Positions 27,436 to 43,100 of a DNA stretch of 64,000 nt are shown here, one piece after another. Below the pieces are notes generated by a model. That model saw nothing but the letters and a program-made list of their open reading frames with translations, was not told the DNA's origin and did not search any database. Source of the DNA: Eledone cirrhosa (Eukaryota). The translations under genes and the position numbers were made by a program. The number at the start of each line of letters is the position of its first letter. The stretch's first letter is position 1. The DNA lies in the NCBI GenBank assembly GCA_964016885.1, contig CAXHJY010000941.1, positions 138,109 through 202,108 of the forward strand. Direction: 5' to 3'.

Positions 27436-28159
27436 GAACACATGTGACTGTAATCACCCTTGATGTCTTTTGCTGTAGACTCTGTGTATTGTTAATCCTA
27501 GAACTCTGCTTTATGCTGTTTGCTTCTTTCCTTTATCAAACAGTTTGTGAAACAAGTTTCCACCTCATATTTTCTCTGCCATCACAATGGCAGTGAGCAG
27601 CAAGTTTTTTGGGGTGGGGAGGGGGCCATGTTAGTGTTCCTTTAGATATGTAATCTATAATTAAAAAGAAATAATCCTTTTTTTTAATTATGAGAAGTAC
27701 TAAAACTGAAAAACAAAACTCCCAATAAACACAATATTATCCAATTTTAGTTCTATAAATATGTTAAAAAAAAATCTCAGTTCAGCATTATCAAACATGC
27801 AGATCACAATACAAGAAAAATCAGATAATTATGTACTGAAATAAAATAATTTCAACTTATATTTTGGCAGACTAACCAACGAAGTTCTTGACACTTTTGC
27901 TCTGATCACACTTCGAAAATTACTGAGGCCTGCATTGTCCACTCTACTTTCCATAATCATCTACCAAATACAGATACATGCATGCATACATATTGTCAGA
28001 AGAGTGTCATCTCTTCATTGAACATTGCTGGACCACGTGCATACAGATGGCTTTTCAGCCCAGCTTCTGTTCTGTGAATGTATTCACAAATGTGACAATT
28101 GAGCTATCTGTCTCCTGGCATCCTCAGCTGGGTTGTGTTATCATGTATTTTACTGTCTG

Positions 28160-29090
28160 GTCAGTCCACTAGCTGACTTGCAAATTAAGCCACACACAAT
28201 AGAAATGTATTAAGGTGGACATGGTGGTAGAACCCTCTTTCAAGTGGCTTGGGTTCTCTCTGACTTTAGGTGGTTGACAAATCCACTTGAGAGAAGAAAT
28301 TGTCCACACAGATTGCACGTCAATTCCTACTAGATTTTTGTTGGTACAAAGCAGTGTGCTCTATTCGCTTTTGCTCAAAGACATCATATCCATTCTTGAT
28401 AATCTTTCTCCATAATGTCCAGCTTTCAGTCAATGCCCTCGCAGTTATCCATATCAATTTAAGATTCCTTTTTATGACATCCTTAAACCTCTTCTTTAGT
28501 TTATGCTGTGACCATTTCCTTCTGGTCGGTTCTCCATAAAATATGTTTAGACAGCCTTCCATCTATTCTGACAATATGACCAACACAACACAACACATCT
28601 GGTGCTGCTCATTTTCTCAAGTACAGAAGTGTATATGATGATCAGGATGTGCTGGATACATTGATGATGAAATCTTTTCAGCTGCTTGATATGATACCTG
28701 TGATTTGTTCATATCATTCTCCTGCATAGCAATGCTGTAAGAAAAAAGGCCTCATATACAGATAGCTTTGTGTTTCTTGTAGTACACCAACCTGACTAGA
28801 CTTGCTTTGTAAGTTTCCCAAAAGCAACATTAACTTTTGCAATCCTGTTATTTATTTCAGCATCAAGGATACCAACTCTACTAAGTGTACTTTTGAAATA
28901 CACAAAGCTGTCCACCACTTCAAATTTCTTTTCCTCCCACAAAAATGTCAGGCTTCATATATGCTTCCCCAACTAATGGAGTGTATATGACCTTTGTATT
29001 TGTTATGCTAATATTGAATCCAAATGCAGTGTATACATTGGAGATATCCACTATCATCTGCATGCCCTCTACTGAGGGAACCCCAAGCAA
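28160..29090 (-). mobile_element. Old, decayed RTE (BovB-like) RT/C-terminal fragment
   Basis: Fragments AFGFNISITNTKVI (28920-29141) and IFYGE...KRFKDVIKRNLK (28320-28562), with many stops and frameshifts. Confidence 0.7.
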
Positions 29091-30129
29091 GCTCATCATC
29101 ATCATAAAGGAACTCTCTGACAAGAGTGCCAAGTCATACATTCATACCTGGATATGTGTGTATGCATATGCACATTCATAAATATATGCACACATAACAA
29201 TATCTATTGTTATCAATGAAGAGTTAAACAGGTTATAAGTCAGGGAAGCAAGAGAGTATAATGTTTACTGAAATATTTAATATAAAGATATACCTGCAGT
29301 TTTTTTTAAAACTGATATTTAGGCTTATTTACTTCTAGAACATCTTGTGTTTTTTCTTTTAAACTATGAAATATTTTTAAAGTACATTTTGTATAGTTTT
29401 AAGTATTTTTCTTGCTTTTAGATAGGATTTTAAGAATGCTTCATGTTTATTTTAAAAATTCAAGATTTTAATGTAGCTTTTCTTTTCCTTTATCTCTCTC
29501 CTTTGTTACATTTAAGTGTCTTTAGTTTTCTAGAAACTTAAAATAATCTGATTTGTTTAAAACCTTATTTACTTACAAACATTAAATTTATTGTTATTTT
29601 AAATGAGTGGTTTAGAGAGATGTTAATTGTCTTTCTTTAATTCTTCCAGTTTGGTTTATAGAGTGGATAATAAACAAGAAGCTTGTAGTTATTGATTTCT
29701 TTTGATTGAGCACAAATGAAACAATAATAACAATAACAACAACAACAACAACAATAATAATAATAATAATAATAGAGATATAGTTATTAATGTTGCCTAC
29801 TACCTTTCCAACTTCGAAAATAGTCTGCTATGTGTACTTGTTGACTGATTGGTGAAGCTTTAATAAATCAGGCATCACTACAGCAACACATTTTCCACGA
29901 GAAATTGGAATAGATTTCAAACATATAAATTCTAAATCTAAGGCAACAATTAAAATGGAAATAATAATGACACATATAATGACCATAGTGATCAATGCTT
30001 ATATGGCCCACATACATAATACTGAATGCTGCTTCTCCTCCTCTTCCTCATCATCATCATACTGAACATCATGATCATCACTATCAGCATCATCACCATC
30101 ATCATCTTCATTCTTACCACCACCTTCAT

Positions 30130-30620
30130 TTTTATGTCTGCTTTTAAATGCTCGCATAGGTTAGACGGATTATCCCCATCACAATGCCTTACCATTTGTT
30201 GCATTCTATTGTTATTTCCTTCATGATGTTCAGCATCTCGAGATCTGCTTTTACCACTTCCTGGGTCATCCTCTTCCACATCTACATTCCATATAGTTCA
30301 CCTAACAGTTCTCTATTCAATTGTCACCATCTATACATATTACATGTCCATTCAAGCACTGTCTCCTATACTACATACAGCATCTGATTCCACTTACAAC
30401 AACATTTTCTCTGAACTCATCTGTGTATTCAGTGGAGCATGCTCGATTTATTTATTTCTAGCTTAAGCACATCCTCAAAATTCATTGACCATGTCTCACT
30501 ACCATGTAATATTACACTTTATACACAGACATCATACAATATTCTGTTTTCTCAAAGAGAGAATCCCTTTGTTACCAGCAGAGATAATATTTTCTTGAAC
30601 TTCCTCTATTCTGTGCTAAT
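30130..30620 (-). mobile_element. Old RTE 3' fragment
   Basis: ccatgtctcactaccatgtaa, ttcttgaacttcctc and ggagcatgc match the reverse strand of the RTE C-terminal region seen in the young copies. Confidence 0.6.
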
Positions 30621-32029
30621 ACAAATAAAACTGATACCTGCCTGGATAAATTCAGCCTGAATAGAATGGAAAGGACAGTTGTCATACAGGGATAGGTCAT
30701 CACCACAAAACATTTATATCACCATCATTTGTCTGTTATCATTCTTATAATATAGATAATCAATGGTGCCTATGTGGTATATTCTATTTAACAGTGCTAC
30801 ATATTGTATCAAAATATCTAACAACAACTCTCACTAAATATAATTGAAGATACAACATAGTGAAATTGCTTTACACCCAGTTTCAACTCATATGAAACAT
30901 CATCTCTGTAGCAAACAGATGGTCTACAAAATAGCATATAAGAAGTCTGATCTCATTTTCTGTTTATAAAAGTGACAATAATAGTTGGCATAACAATACT
31001 AAATGATTATAATACTGTATAGAAGTGACCTGAAAAGGCAAAGAATTACACTGACCTAACTATTGAATTAAAGACAATATAGCAGTTAAGAAATATATCA
31101 ATTACCTTTGTGTAATCAATACAAGAAAAATATCTCTAAATATATTGTATATACTTCAAATTCAACATAAATAGTTGTTTCTACTTTAAGCACAAGGCCA
31201 GCAATTTGAAGGGGACGGGAAAGTCGATTAAATAGAGCCCAGTACTCACTGGTGCTTTATTTTATCAATTCCGTAATGATGAAAGGCAAAGTTAACCCCG
31301 GTGGGATTTGAACTCAGAATGTAAAGGGCCGTAACTCTCTGCCATGAAGCATGGTGTTCGATGATCTACCAATACTGCCAATCCATAAATAAAATGCTAA
31401 AATATATGGAGTAATTATTTTACAATGAAACATTATTTTTTTACATTTATATCATCATTTGTGTTATTTTATGCATACTCTTGAAAATATTTCCAAACAA
31501 ATTTTCATAATTTAAATATTTCAATACATAAATATTACATACATTATCATCATTATTCATTTGATTTTCATTAATTTCATTTTCGGGCCGTGTTTCAACC
31601 AAAGACCTCAGACACCTATACATTAGATAGAAATTTTCTGAGAAAGTGAACGGTTGAAGTCAGACAACATGCTTTGTGATATAGAGTTACGGCCCTTTAC
31701 GTACTGAGTTCAAATACTGCTGGGTTTGTTTAGCCTTTCTTCATTATGGGGTCAATAAAATAAAGTACTAGCCATGCACTGGAGTCGATTTTCCCCTCCC
31801 CCAAAATTGTTGGCTTTGTGCCTAAATCAGAAACCATTATTAATATGCTTTACATCAAAGAGTTACGTCCCTTTACGGTCTGAGTTCAAATCCCGTCGAG
31901 GTTAACTTTTCCTTTCATCCTTACGGGGTCGATAAAATAAAGCACCAGTAATACACTGGGATAATTGCTGGCCTTGTGCCAAATGTAGAAACAATTATTA
32001 ATATTATTTTTATTATTGTCTCCAACTTT

Positions 32030-32868
32030 TCGTTGATGGTGAACAGGTGTCGTCGCCATTTGCTAAACATGTTTCTCCTCAGTTCATCTCCTTAATGGAG
32101 CTGCAGTATTGAGTCGAGCAAAGACCGAGAGAGAGCGCTTAGAGACTGAAATGTCTTCAAGCACAAACAGCCCTCAGCCAATTGGGCAGTACGATTGATG
32201 GAAACTCCACCTTAGTGTTCTATAAAGAGTTAGTGGAGGGCAAGAGTGACAACATCCTTAGGGAGACTCTGGGCATTGATGAAAATCAACTCACCTCTCT
32301 TTTTCCAGAAGTCTTTCAGTCCAGGGCCCATGGACAACTTCCAGAAATCCCTGGCCTGGCAGTGCTACAGAGGAGCTTTGTTAATTTGAAATAAACTCTA
32401 CAGGCATGGAAGTGCCGTCAGTTGGGATTGTCTGAGGTGTGCGCAGGGCAACAAAACTGCTCTGCATGTACTCGTTGAATGTTCTAGTATTGCTGACCTG
32501 TGGCTTTATGTCGAGCACCTGTCGCATGTAGGATGGACCCAACTATCAACTGAATCCATTCTAAAGATTGCCCCTCCATTTTCCTTTAGATGAGAAGGAT
32601 AGACAGTTTTTATCTGCCTGGTGACCATTGCGAAAGAGGTGGCATACACCTGTAGATTGGAGGACAATGATTGGGAGAGTTCACTTTGAGTGACCCTGGG
32701 AGTCTCCTCACCTTTGGGAAATTTGTTATGTTTGTTTTCAAATGTTTATTTTCTTAGTCTGTGTTATAAATTTTATTTTACAAAAAAAACACACATTATC
32801 GTCCTGTACCATCTTTAATGTGAGCCCTGTGTGGCTAATAAAGAAATTATTATTATTATTATTATTAT
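32030..32868 (+). mobile_element. Tx1/L1-clade LINE 3' fragment, decayed
   Basis: Manual translation gives FQKSLAWQCYRGAL (~32339) and CLRCAQGNKTALHVLVEC (~32429, CCHC knuckle). It ends in AATAAA plus (ATT)n. Confidence 0.65.
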
Positions 32869-32874
32869 AAAATA

Positions 32875-34459
32875 ATGGATGCAAAAAAAAGACATGTTGC
32901 CTACAGTTTAAAAGTTTTTAATAAAAGTAATAGAATTTGCTGCAAAGAACAACTGTGCAGTCAATAATACATTTGGGGCTGTTGAAAGCAGTATTAGGCT
33001 ATAAAAAAAAAACCAACAGCAGAAAATGCCATGTAGTAAATAATATGTAAGGGGAAAGCAAGACAAGAACACTATCAAGAAGCAGAGAAATAACACAACT
33101 TGTAAAGTTATAAGCAAAGAAAATGTTAAAAGATAAGATATAGGAACTTAATCGATCTTTAAAATGTTCAAATGAGTAGTACCAGAGACTCTTAATAATG
33201 CTGTCTTTAGCTTTGGGTCAGAAATAAAACTGCATCACAGAAGTTCCCTTCTGATTTCAATGATATAATTATGCCATTTCATTGCTTTATAGTAAAACTG
33301 AACAGGCAGCATGACTTGAAACAGAGTCAAATGGGAAATACAGATAAGACACTCATGCCTTTTGATATGCCAAGAAATAGATTACTGGATAAAATATGAA
33401 TTAGAACAATCTATTTTAGAAGAAGACATGAAAAGATTTAAAAATGAAAACCATTTTACTGCAATTCAGTGTTGTTTACTAGATGGAACTAAACTAAATC
33501 CCATGGTTAATTCTAAAAGAAAGACAATTTGAAAAAGTGAAACATTTTTTTCTGCAGTTACTTTTTTCTGTCACCCTAAAGACTGGATAAATTGGGAAGG
33601 TATAGGTTTATTGCTGAAAGATGTAGGGCTAAATTATCTGGAGCACTTTTAAAGAAGTCTGCAATGTTGGTGTGTGACCAATTTATAGATCACATTACTG
33701 AGCCAGTGAAACACATATTGAAAGCTATAAAAAGTTAAGTTGTAATTTCACATAATTTTACTAGTTTTCTTCAGTGCCTCAATGTTGTTTTGAACAAACC
33801 ATAAAAAAGAATCTAAAAAAAACTGGATATCATGGATGTCATCCGATGAAGTGGAAAAACAACAGGAGGTAATCTCAAAATGTCTAGCCTTGTTACTCTT
33901 GCCACTTGGGTTATAAAGTAGTTAGAATAATTTATCTGAATGTGTAGTTTCCAAGAGCTTTTAATGACTGGCATCAGTAATAAAATTGATGGAATGGAAT
34001 ATCACCTGCTTTGGAATGATCAAGATGCAAATACAGACACCACTACAAATGTTGATGAAGACAATGAGGAAATGATAGGATAGGACACTGATAGAAAGCT
34101 AAATCAAGAAGAATAACTGGAGATATTTGGAGAATCATGATTAATCAGGATTTGATAGCTTTTGAAGTGATAAACTCATTGTATGAACAATGCATTTTTT
34201 AAATCTAAGCTGTAGCCCTTGCCCAACAGCCTTTAAGCAAAGGCTTCTGAGCAAAAACATCAGCCAAGCCAATTTTTGTGTTTGCGTTTTATATATTTTA
34301 GTTTTTGTATTTTATGTTTTAAAAGTTGCAGTAATATATTAGTTTCTTAAAAAATATAAACAAATATAGATGTACTCAAAGATTGCATTATGTAAGATAA
34401 AACATATTACAAACATTGGGTTCACATGATATTCGAGATCACATTGAGTAAATACAGTA
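32875..34459 (+). mobile_element. Decayed pogo-family DNA transposon (Brinker-like HTH + DDE_1 transposase pseudogene)
   Basis: Manual translation gives LIKVIEFAAKNN...FGAVESSIR, FDMPRN, FTAIQCCLLDGTKLNPMV, LVCDQFIDHITEPVK, FTSFLQCLNVVLNKP and KSFLMTGISNKIDG. A pogo-like right end gagtaaatacagta lies at ~34446-34459. Confidence 0.75.
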
Positions 34460-37400
34460 TATATTAATTTCCTCTGTCAATATTATCTATTAATTTTCTA
34501 TTTAAACTATTGATCACATTTGTTTTAATAATTATATTTTACTGGAGAGGAGGAGAAATGCCTGTGGACTCTGCTGGCTTGGTAAAGGTGATACCATTGA
34601 TGCTTAGCTTGAATATCAATGTGTGCTGGGAAAACATGGGCAGGGTATCTGGTTTGAATGTTAGCATCAGTGCAATAGTAATATGAGTAAAAACAAATGG
34701 CTTCAACTTGGAATTAAAATTGAATTGTAGATTTTCCACACCAGGAGTTTATATCTTGCTGTATTGATTTCTGTTAATAGCTAGATACTTAATTTGTAGT
34801 ATCAAAAGTGGTGATAGTGTTGGTAATTTGGTTATATCTTAAGTCTATTAAGTTGTCAGGAAATAACTGACAGTCTGATTTTTATGTAGTGAAAATAAGG
34901 ATTCACTACTTAATTCTTTCATTACCATATTTCTAATGAAATACACTGCTCATGATTTTCAAATAATCAAGAATTTGGATGGGAGGATTTAGACATATAA
35001 CTAACGTTTCCATTAAGGTGGTGTTTGGATCAAAGGTTCTTACATAAAATTATGAATTATATAAACACTATAAGACAAACAGTTTTGTATCATAGAACCT
35101 GGGATGGTTTCAGGCCATTTTGTATCAAAAGGGTTAATTACACTGGTGTAATTTTACTATTGTTGTTTCCAGGTTCACAGGAAGATCTGAAATATATGGA
35201 ACTTTTGCAGTGCACCTTCTGCATTCAGCAATGACGTATACCACCAGATAGTCAACTAGACTGTTAAGTGACATGGTCATAGACACAATGCAATGGCAAT
35301 AGCAGAATATAAACCATTAATCTCTTAGTTTGTTATATAGAAACCTATCAATTAACACATCTATACTGTGTATTTTATTGCCACACCAACATTACAGGGT
35401 TTGTCTTATCCTCTGCAAGACTAAATAACTCTCTCAACACTATGCAGTCACTGTTCTTTCTGGGCAAGCATGACTGCGAGGTTGATTAAAAGGTGACTGA
35501 TGACTAAGGGTTGAAAGAGGAGAGCATATAATTTGTGTGTGAAGGGGGAACAGTGTGATATGATATTAGGGGAGGGAGAGTAACAATTGTGGGCAAGGAA
35601 TTGAAGAGAAAAGTAGCATAAGCAATGTGATAGTACTCCAATAAGGATGTGTAGAAGATCCTTTGTAGAAGAGAATGAATGATGGGTACCATGGGGAATT
35701 AAGAGTGATAGGTAACAAATAAGAGTCATATGTGAATTTGTGGCAGCGAATGATGGTATTGATTATGGATGCAAGTGATAGATGTCATCAGATATAGTTG
35801 ATGGTAAGTGGGGGGTGGGAAATATCAACAGTCTCACAGGGGAAAGTAGAAGAGAGAGAGAATGGTGTGAATATAATGAGATCTGATGTCAAGGTAACGG
35901 AGATGATGAGAGAAAGAAGAAAAATGTTAATGGTAATAGAAGTGATAAAAAGGATAATACATAATTTTGATGATGATGATGATATTAACAACAACAAGAA
36001 TAATAATGATAAATACTTCTACATTTGGCACAAGGCCAGCAGTTTGGATGGGAAAAGTTGATTAAATCGATCCAGTGCAATACCGGTGCTTTACTTTATC
36101 AACACCGTAAGGATGAAAGGAAAAGCTAACCTTGGCAGGATTTGAACTCAGAACATAAAGGGCCATATTACCACAAGGTTACAAAGATGATTTGGATGGC
36201 AAAAGGAGAAGATTCAAATACACAGTTGGTGGGTGAGGGCTACAGGTGAATGTGTCAAAATGAAATAACAAAAACAAAGAATGACAAAAGATAACAACAA
36301 AGAAAATGTCCCCAATAGAGTTGTTAAAGCATTGGATAGAATGTTTGACAATATTTTTATGTATTCTGAGTTGAAATTCCACCTAGGTATTCAAATCACA
36401 ACTTTGGACAGGGCTAATTTCCTGAATGAAGAAACCAAACTGATTATGAAAGTTGAAATGCATGTAGACAGAACATGCATTGTGACTATCTGCTATTCAA
36501 CTGAACAATGAGGATTTTATATTAATTCATGTTTCCTCAGGTTTTAGTCATTGGACTGCAACCACCCTGAGGTAATATGTTTGGGGATTTTCATTGATTA
36601 TGTCAACCCCACTGCTTTGTTAGGTACTTGTTTTATTTACCTCATAAGGCAAAGCTGATATAGATGTAAAGATACATAACTTGTAGAGAACAAAATATTA
36701 CAAGCTATTTTTCATTATGAGCATATTATTATACATACAATGGTTATTTGATAACAAATGCTAACAAAATATTAAAATAAGGACTTTGATTTTATCAAAT
36801 AAAAACATTGAAATTTGTTATAAAATCAAACATTCAAAATGTGCTCCTGCCACTGCCAAATAAGCTTACAATCTTTTGGGAATTAATTGGCAAGTTTTGA
36901 AACATAAATCAGCTATGAAGTGATGAAAAAAAAAGATGACAGTCATAGCAGGAAAATGTTTGATTAGTCTGATATGGCTGACCTGGGACTAAACAACAAT
37001 AGCAACAACACTACAATGAGTCAATATCAACATGGCTGTTGAAACTGCTTGAAATAGCAGTCAGGTTTACCCCAAGAAGAAGGCTACTTTGGATAAGTTA
37101 GTCCTAGACATATTATGTCTGAATGTAATGCAGTAAATTTAATTGGCTACAACAATTCAACTCAATAAGTATTGTATGTATGTTATGTACATGGATATGG
37201 AAAAACTCGGTTTGGTGCCCAAGCAAACAGCCATCTAGTAATGAAAGACTCCTAGTTCTTGCTAGGACATCAGTCTAGGGGAAGAAAAATTCTGATGTAG
37301 AACCTACGACTTGGATACCTGTCACCTTGTTCAGTGAGTGGAATTAGTCTAAGGCCTTTCTTCACTTAAAAAAGCTTGAAGCACAGGCATCACTTAATCT

Positions 37401-37574
37401 AGACGACTTTCATATGTGTTGCATGAGCATGGCTTTTTATTATTTCTTCCACTGTAGCATATACAGAAAGGAATCTAAGTCCTTGGTAGGGTTAAAATGT
37501 CATGTTTGTGCCCCCCATGTTGGAGAAAAAGGTCAAGGTATGGCAATTCTTGAAACTGAGATGCAGCCATTATT

Positions 37575-38130
37575 TATGTATGTATGCATGTGTATGTTTG
37601 TATTTATGTATGTGTGTATGTGTTTGTATGTCAGTGTGTGTATGTATGTGTGTATGTATGTATGTATGTATGTATGTATGTATGTATGTATGTATGTATG
37701 TATGTATATATATATGTGTATATATATATATGTTTGTATATATGCATGCTTGCGTTTATGTATATTCTGTTTTTCTTTTTAATTTCTCACTAATTAAGAG
37801 AGAGCCAGTTTGTAACACAGAAACAAATCAACATCAACTAAGTAATTATGTATGTATGTATGAATGTATGTATGTATGTATGTAAGTATGTGTGTATGTA
37901 TGCATGTATGTAGGTGCATGTGTGCATGCATGTATGTATGTGTGTATGCATATATGTATAATGCATGTGTGTGTATGCATGTGTATGCATGTATACATAT
38001 ATGTATGTGAGTGTATGCATGTATGCGTGTATGTGTATGCATGTATGCATGTATATGTATGTGTGCATGTATATATATATATATATGTGTGTGTATCTGT
38101 GTGTGTGTATATATGTACATATGTATACAT
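37575..38130. repeat. (TATG)n/(TG)n degenerate microsatellites
   Basis: Read directly. Confidence 0.95.
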
Positions 38131-41100
38131 TTGGTTGGCTTCTACTCAGCTTCCTTTTAATAAATTATGCTCACAAGAGTTTGTTTGACCTAAGGCTTTG
38201 GTAAAAGATACTTGTCCAGAGTGTCACGCATCGTATGGCGAACAGTGGGACTGAACATCATAGTAGATGGTTGTGGAGCAAACTTTTTAATCACACAACT
38301 ATACCAATATTTTGTAAATAGAAATGTTTGAAAATAAATACAGAATGTTAGTGAATAGACAATAGTAATGTTTTCAGTGAAATTCTACTGCTAAACATGC
38401 TACAATATCTATTAGAATGCTTGTAGCTAGCTTTTAAGAAATATGCTGATTTCTATAGAAATTGTTTTCCTAAAACTGGCTGTTGCAAATATTTCTGCAT
38501 ATTAGCGTGGGCGCAGAGATGTGTCTCTATATGTGCTTCATAGTGCAACACTAAATGTCTGTGTGAATGTATGAGTAGGTGTGTGTGTGTGTGTATGTGT
38601 GTGTGTGTGAGAAAGAGAGAGAGAGAGTTTATGTGTGTAAGTGTGGAATATATTTTGCAATATGCTTGTTGCTTGAGTAGGCGGAGAGAGAGAGAGAGAG
38701 AACTGAATGGAAAGATAGTAGGAATGGGAGTAGAGTTGAAGGAAATGCAAGAAGAAAAGAAAAAGAGCAGTGGAAGAGATAGCAATAGAAAGAAAGAGAA
38801 GGAAGAATAAGCAGGACAGAATAAAAAAAAAAACATGAAGCAAAATAAAGATGTTAGTAGAAAGTAAAGGAATAAAAAAAACATGGAATATAAGATAGTA
38901 ATAATGTACATAAAGAAAGAAAGAAGGAATGAATGAAAAAGATAGAAGGAATGAAGAAGAAAAAATAGGAATGAAGAATGTAGGGGGATGAAGAAAAAAA
39001 GAAAAATGAGGAAAGAAGAGTGAAAGAAATCAATCGTCATGTTAATGTGTGAAGGAATGTATATATAAGTTGCTGCTGTTGTTGCTTAACCCTAGGTCAT
39101 CTTTAATCAAGTAAACCTATCATATAAATGCATTCCAGCCGTGACCATTTAGAGATCTAGCTGCTATTTTTAGCAGATTAAGTGACTGGTGTAGAAGTTC
39201 CTCCTTTGGTTTGTAATATTTGTATTTTTATTGTTAGTGATTGAGGCAACACTGATGGTAATATATAGTTGTTTAGCCCAAGTCAAACCTGATTCGGCAG
39301 ACCTAAAATCAAGTCATCGCAATATTCTGTATACCAAGAACTACATTGTCCATGTAGACTTCCTTTAAAACTTGCTGTAGAAACATGCAGAAACATTTTT
39401 TTTTTTTTTTGTTAAAGTTAAATTTCTTAATTTATAGGTAGGTCTTTGCATTGATACACTTAGTCTACATGACACAGACGGACACTGATATACTTACTGA
39501 TGTATATATATATATATTTACATCAATAAGGGATATTTTACTCCTCCTCAACTGTCATAATCTGACTTCTTTATAATCTTCAGCTTTTCTCTATCTCATA
39601 TCTTAAATTCACAGTTTTAAATTCCAGTATAATTTGGGAGTTAGGATCTTTTTCATTCATGGATTATTATGGAATGAATCTGGATTTCTGTGCCAAATTT
39701 TGTGAAGATTCATTAAAAAATGACCATCTCATTTGAAGACAAATTTTCGTGCATATTATATAGATGATAGAATGTGATTTGAAGGTGATTTGGCTGCTAT
39801 TTCTAATAATTCAAGCAACTTCATAGAAGCTCTTTCATTGGTGATATTGTAGGAAGTATTAATAGTGGTATTTACATTGTTGCTATTGTTATGATGAAGA
39901 CAGTATTGCTGTTTATAGAAGCTGTAGTGGCCATTGTAGCAATAGTGTCAATGCTATAGTTGTTGATATTTTCTGATATTATTGTATTGGTTGTTGTTTT
40001 TGTTGTTGAAATTCCTTGTGGTGGTACTTGTTGTTGTTCTCAAAATTTAACTTACACAAAATTACTTTCCATAGTATCTAAATAAAAAATGTTAAAACAT
40101 TTCAAGTAATATTAATTGTTTTATTGTTGTTCTATTTATTGATGAATGTTATCTGACACTCATAGTCCTCTATCAGTCAGACAACACTACTAGTGGTATG
40201 TCCACCCTTGAATTTATTGTTTCAGCAAATTGGCAGTCATTAGAGCATTGTATTTAGCTCACTGCTCTCAGAGTTCAAGTCACCTGGGGTTAATTTTGCT
40301 TTACATCCCTCAAAGGTCAATAATATAAAGTACCAGTCAGGGGCAATGAATTGGTGAAATTATTAGAGTAACAGAAGAGATGCCTTGTAGTATTTGTTCC
40401 AGCTAAAAACATTCTGATTACTTGTGTGGTAGACCTAATCTGTCTCACAGTTTAACACCACCACCTGACACATCAGGAGCTCTGAATTGAATACCTACTA
40501 GTATTTAGTTTCATTACTTTACATTTTGCTTTCAAATAATTGACTTTACCTTTCATTCTATCAAGGTAGTAAAAATAAATAATGTTCATGTATTTAGCTT
40601 CATTCAATCAACAACCAACAATTTGTAGTCTGGTGCTAATTTAAATAAATTTATATTTTTGATATTGCTTTTATTTCCTAATGAAACAATAAACAGAATT
40701 TTAAGATTGAAATAATGGAAATGTGTAATATCCATACAATTACCAAAAACATTAGGTGTATAAGTAGCATAAAGCAGTAAAATAAATATATGATGAATGA
40801 TGGTGGCTTCCATGGCTAGTATACTTAACTTTTTAGGCTCAGTGATTAGTTGCAAATAGGTATATATGGACGCATGTCTCCTGATGGAGTTTTAGGAGAG
40901 TCATAGTGACATACACTGTCTCTTGGACATTTTAAAACTTGATGAGCCCATTGCCTCTCCAGATCTGAACACAGCCAATTTCACATTTGTCTCTGTAAAA
41001 CTTTCCATTTTATTAAGGCAGGCAATGATTCTAAGGCTAGTGTGAAGTAATCTATTACATATTAAGGTCAGTGTCTACAGACATTTGCTACCAAAGTAAT

Positions 41101-43069
41101 ATTTAAATAAAATATGAGTAAGTCTTGGAGATTAAAATAGTAATAACCTAATGTCTAGAATCAGAGAGGATTGAAAACACTGTGGAAATGAATGGCAGTT
41201 TTTATAAGCAAAAGAATGTTTCTTTTTATGCAGATTAGACAATATAAGGTATATGATAATAAATGATAGAAAACAGAGTATAATATTAGCATAGTCTATT
41301 ATTGAACAATGTTAAATTATAAAAATATTGTATGCAAGTGATTTGAGAACTACACTATATATTAAAAGCAATAATAAATATTCTTTTGGTTTTTAAAGTT
41401 TCAGTCATTAAAGCACTGACTTCAAAAGTTAAGATGATCATATCAATCTCAGTACTTATTTCAGTTTTACCAATCTCCATTTGTCGAAATGTGAACTTAC
41501 AGGATATAAATGGATAACAATGTAACACCAATTTTTAGAATGGTATAAACATAAACACAGACATGAAGATAGACATACACACACATACACACTCATACAA
41601 GGTGCTTCCCATTTATCAAATTCTATTCACAAGGTATTGGTGAAGTTGAGGCTATAGTAGAAGGCATTTCCCTAGATGGAACACCTATATATGTCAGAAA
41701 AATACTGGAAATGGTAAAGACAATAACTTTTTTTTAATTTAGTCACAGGAGAATTGGTGGAACACAAGATCTTTGCAGGTCTAGTGAGATCAATATGATT
41801 GATGTTCAGTTTGTAGGTGTATGTCTGTATGACAGATGAGAACAAGGACAAGGACAAGATTCCAGTTGACTGCAATTCTAGCCAGATAGAACTCAATAGA
41901 AAATAATTTAGTGTAAGGATGACCCCCCACCCCCCTCACCAAAAACAGGCTGTTTTATGTGGGCTTCAATGGACGTGGATGCAGGAAACTGGTTAAAAAG
42001 ATACAAAAGCTGTTACATTAACAATAGAAGAGACAAACGGATGAAACAATGCAATTGTAGGCTAGTGGTTGTAACATATCCCAACTACACTTTCCCATCG
42101 TCAAAGATGCCAAACCCTGATAATATCATTCTTCTCTAGAACAATTGAAAAAGACAGGAAATAGTTCACACGCACATACACTTACCAACACATGGGCAGC
42201 CACATATTTTCCTACAATTTTAGCCCTCACTCCTAATATGTGCACCCAGTATACACTGTAAAATGGCTGGTGATAGTAAGAGCATCCAGCTATAGTAGGC
42301 TTGCCAAACAAAATGTTGGAAGGACCCTTCAGTTGTGTCAAAGACATGATGGTCTCCCTAGTGTTGGTATTATGATAAAATGCACTCGGCAGAATGTGGG
42401 ACTGTATGCAAGTGATATGCAGGTATCTGGCCCATCTGAGGGGTTAGTAACCACTCATGAATACCGACTGTCTGTGAAGACCCTTCCAAACCTTACTAGC
42501 AGTGGAAATAGGCATTAAATAATGATGATATATATATATATTACACATATTCACTCTAACTGTAAAGTATCAAGTGATGAGGAAGAAAATAATGGAGGGT
42601 TTGATATTGAGGTTTCAAATGGACTAGTTAGTATTTTTCTAGTAATAATGTTTAAAATGGTTGTAGTGATAATGATAGTAGTAGGAGGGATGAGATTGTT
42701 GTTGTTTATCTCCAGCTGAATTCTGATTCCACAAACTTACGATCAAAGATTTTTTCATCTATAATTGGTATTAAGGGGTGATGACAAAGCATCATTAGTA
42801 ACCAGAATGGTTGAGTGGTAGAGTGGAAATCCACTGAGTGGAAACAATAAAATCAGCACCAAGAAGCTAATCCAATTCCAACACATTCATATTCTTCACA
42901 TCCTCACCTGTTTATTTATGTCATATATCTACTTATTTATTTACTTTTGCATTATAAATGAGCTGAAATTTATACAATTTTATTCATGCAAACCAACTGA
43001 GTACTATATTTCTTATTATTATTAACAACAATATATACAAGAATGTTAAAATCTCTCAACAGTAGCAGC

Positions 43070-43100
<31 letters not shown>

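Noticed and set aside
38453-39040. 195-aa hydrophobic F/L/S-rich ORF resembling a membrane protein
   Set aside because: It is the reverse translation of a purine-rich (GA/GAA) low-complexity tract.
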